From NCBI GenBank assembly GCA_965204735.1, contig OZ242008.1, forward strand, positions 192,001-256,000: a stretch of 64,000 nt of DNA, written 5' to 3'. Positions 38,404 through 47,736 of the stretch are shown here, in pieces. This DNA is from Longimicrobiales bacterium (GTDB lineage Bacteria > Gemmatimonadota > Gemmatimonadetes > Longimicrobiales > Gaopeijiaceae). The translations under genes were made by a program, and so were the position numbers. Position 1 is the first letter of the stretch; the number at the start of each line of letters is the position of its first letter. The notes below the pieces were generated by a model, which was given only the letters and a program-made list of their open reading frames with translations, searched no databases and was not told where the DNA came from.

Positions 38404-40370
38404 CCCGAAGTTCCGCAGGAATTCGCCAGTTCTAGCGTCACAAGTCGTTGCAGTTGAAGGACTTGCGGGCTTTCTGCCTGCGTCATATGTACCCATGTAA
38501 TGATCTTGATTGGAGTTGACATGATTTCGTTCCGACGCTACGTTCATGTCCATGTACATCGAACGCGTGCCCAACCGGACCTCGCCGCCCGCCGTCTTGC
38601 TGCGGCGCTCCTACCGCGAAGGCGGCAAGGTGCGCAAGCAGACGCTGGCCAACCTTTCCCGCTGGCCCGACGAACTCGTCGAGGGGCTCCGCGTCCTGCT
38701 CAAGGGCGGCGTCGCGCTGCCGTCGATCGACGACGCCTTCCGCATCGAGCGCTCGCGTCCCCACGGCCACGTCGCAGCCGTCGTCGGCACCGCCCGCAAG
38801 CTGGGCTTCGAGCGGCTGCTGGACCGCAAGCCCTCGAGGAACCGGTCGCTGGCCGCCGCCATGGCGCTGGCGCGCATCCTGGACCCCGGCTCGAAGCTGG
38901 CGACGGCTCGGGGCTTGGGCCGCGAGACGCTGACCAGCACGCTGGCCGAGGAGTTGGATGTCGAGGACGCGGACGCCGACGAGCTGTACCGGGCGATGGA
39001 CTGGCTGCTGGCAAGGCAGGAGGGGATCGAGCGCGGACTGGCACGGAGGCACCTGCAGGACGGCTCGCTGGTGCTGTGCGACGTGACATCGTCGTACTTC
39101 GAGGGCCGTCGCTGTCCGCTGGCGAAGCGAGGGTATTCGCGCGACGGCAAGCGGGGCTCGCTGCAGATCGTCTTCGCGCTGCTGTGCGCGGTCGACGGCT
39201 GTCCGGTGGCGGTCGAGGTGTTCGAGGGGAACACGGCGGACCCGGGCGTGCTGGGCAGTCAGCTGAAGAAGCTGTGCGGTCGCTTCGGACTGACGAAGGT
39301 CGTGGTGGTGGGCGACCGCGGACTGCTGACGAGCGCCCGCATCCGAGAAGAGGTCAAGCCGGCCGGGCTGGACTGGATCACGGCGTTGCGAGCGCCCGAG
39401 GTGCAGAAGCTGGCAGCCGAGGGCTGCTTGCAGATGTCGCTGTTCGACGAGCAGGACCTGGCGGAGATCGAAGCGCCGGCGCTGTATCCGGGCGAGCGGC
39501 TGGTGGTGTGCAGGAACCCGTTGCTGGCCGAGGAGCGAGCGCGCAAGCGCAAGGAGCTGCTGGCCGACACGGAGGCGAAGCTCGCGCAGGTGGCGCAAGC
39601 CGTGCGGCGGGAGCGGCGGCCGCTGCGCGGCGAGGCGCAGATCGCCGTGCGGGCGGACCGCGCGCTGCGGTCGCGCAAGGTGGGCAAGCACTTCGAGGTG
39701 CGCGTGACGCACGACTCGTTCTCGTATGCCCGCAACGAAGCGCGGATCGCCCGGGAAGCAGCGCTGGACGGCGTGTACGTGCTGCGCACCAACGTGGCGA
39801 AGCGGAAGCTGGGCGCCGCCGACGCCGTGCGCGCCTACAAGGGCCTGGGGCGGATCGAGCGGGCGTTCCGCAGCTTCAAGACGGTGGACTTGAAGGTGCG
39901 ACCCGTCCACCACCGGCTCGCCGACCGCGTGCGCGCCCACGTGTTCCTGTGCATGCTCGCCTACTACGTCGAGTGGCACATGCGCCGCGCGCTGGCTCCC
40001 ATGCTCTTCGACGACCACGAAGCGGCGACCGCCGCCGAGGCGCGACCGTCTCCGGTGGCACTCGCGCGGTCGTCGCCCGCGGCCCGGGCCAAGGCCAGCG
40101 GTCGGAAGCGCACCTCCGACGGCTTGCCCGTCCACAGCTTCCAGACCCTGCTCAAGGACTTGGGCACGCTGGCCCGCAACCGCGTCCAGCCCAAGGGAGC
40201 CGTGGCCGTGGACGTGCTCACCGTTCCCACGCCGGTCCAGGACCGCGCCTTCCGCCTCCTCGGCGTCAAGCCATGAGCCGACGTACCCAGTAGCGTACAA
40301 CCGCCAGCATGATCTATCTCGCTACCACGCAACGACTTACGGCGTTATCGATTCCAGAACTTCGGGCTAG
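38400..40370 (+). mobile_element. IS1634-family insertion sequence
   Basis: Terminal inverted repeats CTAGCCCGAAGTTC (38400-38413) / GAACTTCGGGCTAG (40357-40370), plus subterminal AAGTCGTTGC / GCAACGACTT. Confidence 0.88.
38546..40276 (+). CDS. IS1634-family DDE transposase
   Basis: LLRRSYREGGKVRKQTLANLS, DVTSSYFEG, GYSRDGK, VGDRG, IERAFRSFK, RVRAHVFLCMLAYY. Confidence 0.93.
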   Translation: MSMYIERVPNRTSPPAVLLRRSYREGGKVRKQTLANLSRWPDELVEGLRVLLKGGVALPSIDDAFRIERSRPHGHVAAVVGTARKLGFERLLDRKPSRNRSLAAAMALARILDPGSKLATARGLGRETLTSTLAEELDVEDADADELYRAMDWLLARQEGIERGLARRHLQDGSLVLCDVTSSYFEGRRCPLAKRGYSRDGKRGSLQIVFALLCAVDGCPVAVEVFEGNTADPGVLGSQLKKLCGRFGLTKVVVVGDRGLLTSARIREEVKPAGLDWITALRAPEVQKLAAEGCLQMSLFDEQDLAEIEAPALYPGERLVVCRNPLLAEERARKRKELLADTEAKLAQVAQAVRRERRPLRGEAQIAVRADRALRSRKVGKHFEVRVTHDSFSYARNEARIAREAALDGVYVLRTNVAKRKLGAADAVRAYKGLGRIERAFRSFKTVDLKVRPVHHRLADRVRAHVFLCMLAYYVEWHMRRALAPMLFDDHEAATAAEARPSPVALARSSPAARAKASGRKRTSDGLPVHSFQTLLKDLGTLARNRVQPKGAVAVDVLTVPTPVQDRAFRLLGVKP

Positions 40371-40432
40371 CCCGAAGCGGGCCGTCCCGTCGGCCGTTCG
40401 CCGGCACGCCTCACTCGTCCGAGTGGTCGACC

Positions 40433-40467
40433 TTGAGGGTCGCGTGTCGTCGTGTTATCATTTGATA
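40433..40467 (+). promoter_or_regulatory. sigma70-like promoter overlapped by a palindromic operator
   Basis: TTGAGG-N17-TATCAT with extended TG; TATCA-tt-TGATA inverted repeat at 40456-40467. Confidence 0.5.
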
Positions 40468-43400
40468 TGTGCCCCGTTCCTCTTCCCCGACCCGCCGCCG
40501 CTCGACCTGACCCAGGAGCAGCTTGCGGCACGGCTGCTGGTCACGCCGCTGACCGTCCACCGCTGGGAGGCCGGCCACTCCAAGCCCCGGCGGCTGGCCC
40601 TGGATCGCCTCCGCCAACTGGAAGAGGAGGTCTCCACGGCGCAGGCCGCTGCCGCTTCGGCCGACGCCCCTTGGTCCGGCGATTCGCCACTTCCCGGCCC
40701 GGACGGCCCCGGCGCCGCTCCGCCCCTCGACTTCAACGGGGACCCCGACGCCGTCTCGGCCGTGGCCGAAGCGCTGCGACTGGAGTACGGACACCAGTTC
40801 AACCCGGCGTTCGCCAGCGAGATCTCGCGGATCGACCCGTTGCCGCACCAGCGGATCGCGGTCTACGAGCACATGCTGCCGCAGGACCCGCTCCGCTTTC
40901 TTCTTGCCGACGACGCGGGGGCGGGGAAGACAATCATGACCGGACTGGTCGTGCGCGACATGCTCTCGCGCGGCCGCATCCGTCGCGTGCTGATCTCGCC
41001 CCCGGCAGGGCTGGTCGGCAACTGGGAGCGAGAGTTGCGGTCGCTCTTTCGCCTGCCGTTCAGGATCGTGAGCGGGCCGGACGTGACGGCGGCGACCCGG
41101 ACCGGCGCTGGCCGTCAACCCGGCAGCCCGTTCCAGGGAAGAGCGGGCGACTTGGCGATCGTCTCGATCGACACGCTGGCGGGCGAAGGCGTCTTCGCCG
41201 CGCTCCGCGACCCCGAAGTGGAACCCTACGACCTGATCGTCTTCGACGAAGCGCACAAGCTGGCGGCGTCCACCGACAACCGGCGCACGCGCAAGACATG
41301 GCGGTACCGGCTGGCGGAGGCGCTGGCCGGCTGCCCGTCCCCGCACGCCCGGTACTCGGGACTCGGCTGGTCCGCCCGCCATCTGTTGCTGCTCACGGCC
41401 ACGCCCCACATGGGCAAGGACTCGCCCTACCATCATCTGTGGCGGCTGCTGGACCCCCACGTCTTCGCGACCGGCGAAGCGTTCCGGCGCTTCCCGCAAC
41501 GCGAGCGGGGCCGCCACTTCCTCCGGCGAACCAAAGAGGAGACGCGCGACCTGGAGGGCCGCCCGCTCTACCGCAAGCGCTCCTGCGACACCTTCAGCTA
41601 CGAGCTCGCCCCCGGCCCCGACGGCGAGCAGGCCCTCTACGACGCCACGACCGACTACCTCCGTCACGTCTACGGCCAAGCGCCGGGCGGCGGCGCGGTC
41701 CGCTTGGCGATGGGCGTCTTTCAACGGCGGTTGGCCAGCTCGTCGTGGGCGCTGCTGCGCTCCTTCGAGCGACGGGCGGCCAAGCTGGCGGAGACGGCCG
41801 AGGGCCTGCGATCCGGCGTGCTCGCCCCCTCCGACGTGAACCGCAGCCGACGATACCTCGACCGCCGGTACCCGACCGACTACTTCGACGCCCACGGTGC
41901 CGACGAAGACGTGGCGGACGACGCCTCGGGCTCGACGGCGCTCGGCGGTCCCGCAGAAGGCCACGAGGACTTCGAGGCGGCCGTGCTGGGCGCGGTCGTC
42001 TCCGCCGACATCGAGGACCTGGAGCGCGAGATCGAGGTCGTGAACGAACTGGCCGCCCGGGCCAAGGCGGTCGTCGATTCCGGCCGCGAATCCAAGTTCG
42101 AGAAGTTGCGCGAGGTGCTGGAGGACCCCGCCCACGCCTCGGAGAAGTGGCTGATCTTCACCGAGCACCGGGACACGATGGACTACCTTGTGCGCCGCCT
42201 CGAAGGGCTGGGCCACGCGGGCCGGGTCGCGTGCGTCCACGGCGGCATGGCCTGGCCCGAGCGAGAGCGTCAAGTCGAGCACTTCCGCGACCCCGCGGGC
42301 GCCCGCTACCTGGTCGCCACCGACGCCGCCGGCGAGGGGATGAACCTCCAGTTCTGCGCCTTCATGGCGAACTACGACATCCCGTGGAACCCGGCGCGGC
42401 TGGAGCAGCGCATGGGCCGCATCCATCGCTACGGCCAGAAGCGCGACGTGCGCATCGTCAACTTGGTGGCGGGCAGCACGCGCGAAGGCCGGGTCCTGCA
42501 GGTGCTGCTCGAAAAGCTCGAAGCCGTGCGGCGGGAGCTGGCCTCCGAAAAGGTGTTCGACGTGATCGGGCGGCTCTTCGAGGACGCTTCGCTCAAGGAC
42601 TACATGATGGAGGCGATCGCCGACGCCGACGCCGACGCCGAGCAACAGGTGATCGAGCGGGTCGGCGCCGCCCTGGACGGCGGGCGGGTGCGGGCGGTGG
42701 CGGAGGCGGACGCGCGCACCTACGGTCCGCCGGGAGACGTGGCCGGCCGACTCGACGGCCTTCGGGACGACATGGAGCGGGAGCATTACCTGCGGCGGCT
42801 GCCCGCCTACGTCCGGTGCTTCGTGGAGAAGAGCGCGGCCCTGCTGGGCCTGGACGTGCAGGGCGACCTGGACGGCTGGTTCAGCTTGGCGCCCAAGCGT
42901 CCCGGGGCGCTCGATCCGCTGTTGCCGGCGCTGGACGGCTATCCGGTGGAGGCGCGCGCGCGGTTGAGCGTGCGTCGCGCAAAGTCCGACGCCGAGGACG
43001 GCATCTGGCTGCACCCCGGCGAGCCTGTCTTCGACGCCCTGCGCGAGCACGTCTTGCGCACCTTTGCCCCGGACGCCCTGCGCGGCGGCATCTTCATCGA
43101 CCCCCACGCGAAGGAGCCCTATCTATCTGGTCCATCTGGCCCTCGCGTCGGTGCAACTGGAGTCGCGTGGGAACGGCGACGGCTGTCCGTCCGATTCGCC
43201 GGTGCTCGAACGCCGCCTGCTGGCGGTGCGGCAAGAGGCGGACGGCCCGCCCATGGCAAGCGACGTCGACCAGCTCCTGCTGTTTCAGAGCGCCGGACAC
43301 GTGCCACCGGGATCTGTGCCTCTGGCGGCTCGCGGAATCGGAATGCGGGCCAACGCGGCGACCTACCTGGAGCATCTGACCCGGGACCGCTTGGTCGGCG

Positions 43401-44098
43401 ACCGACGGAAAGCCCTGGAGGGCGAGCTTCCCGAGCGCCGTCGTCGGGTGCGGGTGGGGTTCGACCTCCGCGCGGCCGACCTGGCGTCCCGCCGCATTCA
43501 GCTGGCCGCCAAGGAAGGCGCCGCCGACGATGTTGCGGCGGTCAAGCTCGCCCAGCGCGATCTCGTGGCGGAGAAGACGGAGGCGCTGGCGGAGCTCGAG
43601 GCCGCGCCAAGCCGGATCGCGGCCGGGGAGGTCCAGTTCGTCGTCCACGCGCTGGCCGTGCCCGCCACCAGCAGCGACGAGATCGACCAGTACGACGAGC
43701 GCGTCGAGCAGATCGCCGTGCGGACCGCTGTCGCGTGGGAGGAGGAGCGGGGCTCGGTCGTGCAGGACGTGAGCAAGCCCGCCCTTGCCCGCGCAGCCGG
43801 TCTTCCCGACTCCCCCGGCTTCGACCTCCTCGCCAGGATGCCGAACGGAGGGGCCCGACGCATCGAAGTGAAGGGCCGCCGGGACCGGGGCGGCGTGCAC
43901 GTAACCGGCAACGAATGGACCCAGGCGTGCCATCTGGCCGACAGCTACTGGCTCTATGTAGTTTGGAACTGCGCGACGCCCGAGCCGACCATGGTCCGCA
44001 TCCAGGACCCCTTCGCCAAGCTGCTCGCCAGCGAGCGTGCCTCGACCACCTACACGATCTCCCCCAAGTCCCTGCTGGACGCGGCGGAGCCAACCTGA
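40467..44098 (+). pseudogene. Xre-HTH + SNF2-like helicase + DUF3883 nuclease domain, frameshifted
   Basis: LTQEQLAARLLVTPLTVHRWE; LLADDAGAGKT; DEAH; TATP; EGMNLQ; PWNPARLEQRMGRIHR. The C-terminus (GFDLL...IEVKGR...NEW...YWLYVV) is in another frame after a 4-bp duplication at 43119-43128. Confidence 0.85.
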
Positions 44099-44117
44099 AC
44101 AGGGAAGGAGAGGAAGC

Positions 44118-44534
44118 GTGGGAGCCGTTCATGTGGACGTGACGATCCGGAACCCAGCCGATCCGTCGAGGAGTTGGCGGAGCCGGTTCCTGGCGGGCAC
44201 GGGAGCGACGAACACGATGGTCCCTCCCGAGTGCATTGAGGCAGTCGGCCTAGCGTCCGACGGGCGGCGCGTGCATCTGCTGGCCGACGGTCGCCGGGTG
44301 GAAGCGGACGTCGCCGTGGCCAAGATCGAATTCCTGGACGAGTTCGTCGGCGGAACGGTCGTTACCGGCGAACCGGATTCGGAGCCCCTTCTCGGCCTAA
44401 CCGCCCTGCGATCCATGGGCGTGGAAGTGGACGCTGCCCGCCAGGAGTTGCGGAAGCTCCCGGCTGTGCCGTTGAAGCCCGTCCGTCGTCTACCGCGGAT
44501 CGCGGGCCCGGCTGGCTGTTCGCCGAAAAGGTAA
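44118..44534 (+). CDS. Clan AA aspartyl-protease-like protein, catalytic Asp substituted
   Basis: HVDVTIRNP, FLAGTGAT (usually LVDTGA), LADGR, EPLLGLTAL. Confidence 0.78.
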   Translation: MGAVHVDVTIRNPADPSRSWRSRFLAGTGATNTMVPPECIEAVGLASDGRRVHLLADGRRVEADVAVAKIEFLDEFVGGTVVTGEPDSEPLLGLTALRSMGVEVDAARQELRKLPAVPLKPVRRLPRIAGPAGCSPKR

Positions 44535-44538
44535 TCGC

Positions 44539-46650
44539 ATGGCCATCCACTACACTATGCCCATCTCCGCCTTCGTTGTGGACAAGCTTGGGGTGAAGCT
44601 CTACGACAAGGCCTCCGCGGTGATCGCCGAGTTGATCTCGAATTCATACGATGCCGACGCCCGCTCAGTCGTCGTCCGCGCGCCGATGGGCCAATACTTG
44701 GCATCACGTGCGGGGGGCGTTCTGACTGATAAAGGCTTCACCATCGAGGTTGATGACAATGGCACGGGGATGACGCCCGATCAGATGCAAGCCTTTTTCC
44801 TCCCCGTAGGCACCGAACGCCGAGATGATCCGCACCGTGGATCCACTTCTCCGATTTTCAAGAGAATGGTCATGGGTCGCAAGGGCGTTGGCAAGCTTGC
44901 CCCCTTCGGCATATGCAAGATTATTGAAGTGATCAGTGCCGGCGGCGAGGAGCGTAGCCGCAAGCTGCCCGACGGTACAGAATCAAGCGGCTACCTCACT
45001 TCGCATGTAATTTTGGACTATGATGAGATCAAGGCGTTAGGTATGCACCCGGAGCGTACCTATGAACCAACCCCCGGTGACCGGGACGGGACACTCTCTG
45101 ACGAGCCGGGCACCACAGTACGGCTTCGCAACTTCAGCTTCCGGCGAGTCCCGACCATTGACGTCCTGGCAAGCCAGATTGCGCAGCGATTTGGCATCCG
45201 CCGCCAGGATTGGCGAATCACGCTCCATGACACTGATGCGGATGTTGCCGAGCCGCAACGGGAAGTCGGCAAATTCGACGTGAAGGTGATGCCGGGCACG
45301 AGGGTGGTCTTTGATCCCAGCTCCACAGCCCGGAGCGCGGTCGGTCCAGACGGCAACGCACTTCCCCGCCTTCAAGCTGGCTTTGACCTTGACGGCGAAT
45401 TTTATGAAATCGATGGGTGGCTTGCCTACTCCAAGGCTCCATACAGAGACGATCTGATGGCTGGCATCCGAATCTACTGCCGTGGGAAGATCGCAGCGCA
45501 GACATCGGTATTCGATAGATCGGCCGGATTCACAGGAGAGCACAACGTACGGTCGTACTTGGTGGGCGAACTTCATGCAGACTGGTTGGACAGGGACGAC
45601 GACCTGATCCAAACCGACCGTCGCGACATTTTGTGGTCGGACCGTCTCGGGGAGAGGTTCCAGAAGTGGGGTCAAGAGGCTGTTGGATGCATGGGAAAGA
45701 TCGCTCGGGATCCTGCGAGAAAAGCGATTCTAGAATTGTTCTGGGCTACTGGCAATGTAGAGGAACACATTCTCAGTCACTTTCCGGGAGACCGTCAGGA
45801 GGCCATCAGGGACAACGCCGAGGAGCTTGCCAAGAGCTTCGGGCGCACGTTCAATCGAGCTGACGCGGAAGATCGAGCTGTAGTCCGGCGGTTCGTGAAC
45901 ATCAGCATCCTTCTTGCTCCTCATATCACCCTCGATCGCATGATGCAGGAGGCTGCGAGCAGAGCAGATGCACCAGTGGATGTCCTCAGTGGATTCTTGC
46001 GTACTGCCCGGATCGCGGAACTCTCCTCGTTTGGTCAAATAGCGGAAAACCGGATCAAGGTAATTCAACAACTTGACGCATCCAGGGCGGACTACGACGA
46101 CCACGAATCGACGTTGCAACAACTGATAGAGAACGCGCCTTGGCTGGTCAGACCTGACTGGGCCCCTGTGACTGCCAATCAGACGCTTGGTCGGCTGAAG
46201 AAGGAATTCGAGCGGTACTACAATGAACAGGAGAAGACGTCCGTAACTTTGCAGGACTTCGAAGAAACCGGCCGGAGACCGGACTTTGTGTTATTTGGCC
46301 AGGACAAGACGATTCAGATCATTGAGATCAAGCGGCCTGGACACGCTTTCACCAACAAGGAGATGGACAGGATTGCATCCTACTACCGCTGCATGCAAGC
46401 GTTCTTGAAGGAGCCCGGCAACGAAGGATTCGCCGATCGGTATGGTGACTTCCACATAACGTTGGTCTGTGACAAGCTGCGAATCGACGGGGTGCACGAA
46501 GACGCATTCGAAAGATATAGGGATCAACAGCGGCTGACACATCTGAATTGGAAGAGCTTTCTGGTGAGAACCGAAGACTTGCATCGCGACTTCCTTGACG
46601 AGGCGGAACGCCAGAAGCGTTTGGCCGTCGCCGATCAGGAGGCCGTATGA
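44539..46650 (+). CDS. GHKL (Hsp90/MORC-like) ATPase with a C-terminal PD-(D/E)XK-like nuclease
   Basis: ELISNSYDADA, DDNGTGM, GRKGVGK, GTTV; C-terminal RRPDFV...IIEIKRP. Confidence 0.85.
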   Translation: MAIHYTMPISAFVVDKLGVKLYDKASAVIAELISNSYDADARSVVVRAPMGQYLASRAGGVLTDKGFTIEVDDNGTGMTPDQMQAFFLPVGTERRDDPHRGSTSPIFKRMVMGRKGVGKLAPFGICKIIEVISAGGEERSRKLPDGTESSGYLTSHVILDYDEIKALGMHPERTYEPTPGDRDGTLSDEPGTTVRLRNFSFRRVPTIDVLASQIAQRFGIRRQDWRITLHDTDADVAEPQREVGKFDVKVMPGTRVVFDPSSTARSAVGPDGNALPRLQAGFDLDGEFYEIDGWLAYSKAPYRDDLMAGIRIYCRGKIAAQTSVFDRSAGFTGEHNVRSYLVGELHADWLDRDDDLIQTDRRDILWSDRLGERFQKWGQEAVGCMGKIARDPARKAILELFWATGNVEEHILSHFPGDRQEAIRDNAEELAKSFGRTFNRADAEDRAVVRRFVNISILLAPHITLDRMMQEAASRADAPVDVLSGFLRTARIAELSSFGQIAENRIKVIQQLDASRADYDDHESTLQQLIENAPWLVRPDWAPVTANQTLGRLKKEFERYYNEQEKTSVTLQDFEETGRRPDFVLFGQDKTIQIIEIKRPGHAFTNKEMDRIASYYRCMQAFLKEPGNEGFADRYGDFHITLVCDKLRIDGVHEDAFERYRDQQRLTHLNWKSFLVRTEDLHRDFLDEAERQKRLAVADQEAV

Positions 46651-47726
46651 GGACGACAGCCGTAGACCTGTTTTCCGGCGGAGGAGGGCTTACGCTTGGA
46701 ATGATGCGCGCAGGGTTCGACGTCGTGGCCGCCGTCGAGGTGGACAAGAGCGCATGTGCGACGTATGGGGCAAATCATCACGACGTATCTGCTTTGCAGG
46801 CCGACATTAGGACTCTAGACCAGCAAGACGTTGTTGGGCGGGTCGATGGAAGGCAGATAGACCTTCTTGCTGGATGTCCGCCGTGTCAGGGTTTCACGAG
46901 CCTTAGTGCTCGATACAAGAAAGACGATCCGCGGAATCAGCTGGTGCTCGAGTTGGCTCGGCTCGCAGAGGAGCTTCGACCTCGGGCGATCATGTTGGAG
47001 AACGTTCCGGGGCTTGCTGGGACTCAGATTTACCGGGAACTCTGGCGGCGACTCCATGCGGCGGGTTATCACCTTGCCGACCAAGTGCTCCAAGTAGCTG
47101 ACTATGGGGTGCCGCAGAGCCGTCGCCGTTTGGTGTTGCTGGGTGGGCGTGGTTTTGGAATCGCGATGCCGCAGCCGACACATTCTCGAAAAGCAGGTTG
47201 TGGAACGGCACATTGGCGAACCGTGAGGGATGCGATTGGTCACATGCCGCGGAATCCACCGACGCTGATTGAGGCGAGAAGTAGTGGAGGCGTTCGAGGG
47301 GCGAACTGGCACGTCGTGCGCTCGCTGTCACGGGCTAACGTTGCCAGAGTTCGAGCGGCGCGGCCGGGGAGGACGTGGCCGCACTTGCCGGAACAGTTGC
47401 GGCCGAAGTGTCATCGCGGGGACTATACGGGATACACGAACGTGTACGGTCGCATGGAGTGGGATCGGCCGTCGCCCACGATCACTGGCGGTTGCACCAC
47501 GCTGAGCAAGGGGAGGTTCGGGCATCCAGAGGAGGACCGCACGATTTCCGTCCGCGAGGCGGCGCTGCTTCAGACCTTTCCCGAGGACTACGTTTTTGAT
47601 ACGCCGTACATGGAACATGTCTGCAGCATTATTGGCAATGCGCTACCGTGCGACTTCGCCGAGGTGGTGGCACGACAGTGCTATGAAGCGTTGGACAGGC
47701 GCAGCGGCGGCAGCGTGGAGGCGTAA
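46647..47726 (+). CDS. dcm: DNA (cytosine-5)-methyltransferase
   Basis: DLFSGGGG, PPCQGF, ENVPG, YGVPQSRRR, SVREAALLQTFP, IGNA. Confidence 0.95.
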   Translation: MRTTAVDLFSGGGGLTLGMMRAGFDVVAAVEVDKSACATYGANHHDVSALQADIRTLDQQDVVGRVDGRQIDLLAGCPPCQGFTSLSARYKKDDPRNQLVLELARLAEELRPRAIMLENVPGLAGTQIYRELWRRLHAAGYHLADQVLQVADYGVPQSRRRLVLLGGRGFGIAMPQPTHSRKAGCGTAHWRTVRDAIGHMPRNPPTLIEARSSGGVRGANWHVVRSLSRANVARVRAARPGRTWPHLPEQLRPKCHRGDYTGYTNVYGRMEWDRPSPTITGGCTTLSKGRFGHPEEDRTISVREAALLQTFPEDYVFDTPYMEHVCSIIGNALPCDFAEVVARQCYEALDRRSGGSVEA

Positions 47727-47736
47727 GAGGTAGTGG

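Noticed and set aside
40309..44142. 1277-aa helicase ORF taken as intact
   Set aside because: Its start lies inside the IS end, and the sequence after 43128 is out-of-frame nonsense; the true C-terminus is in another frame.
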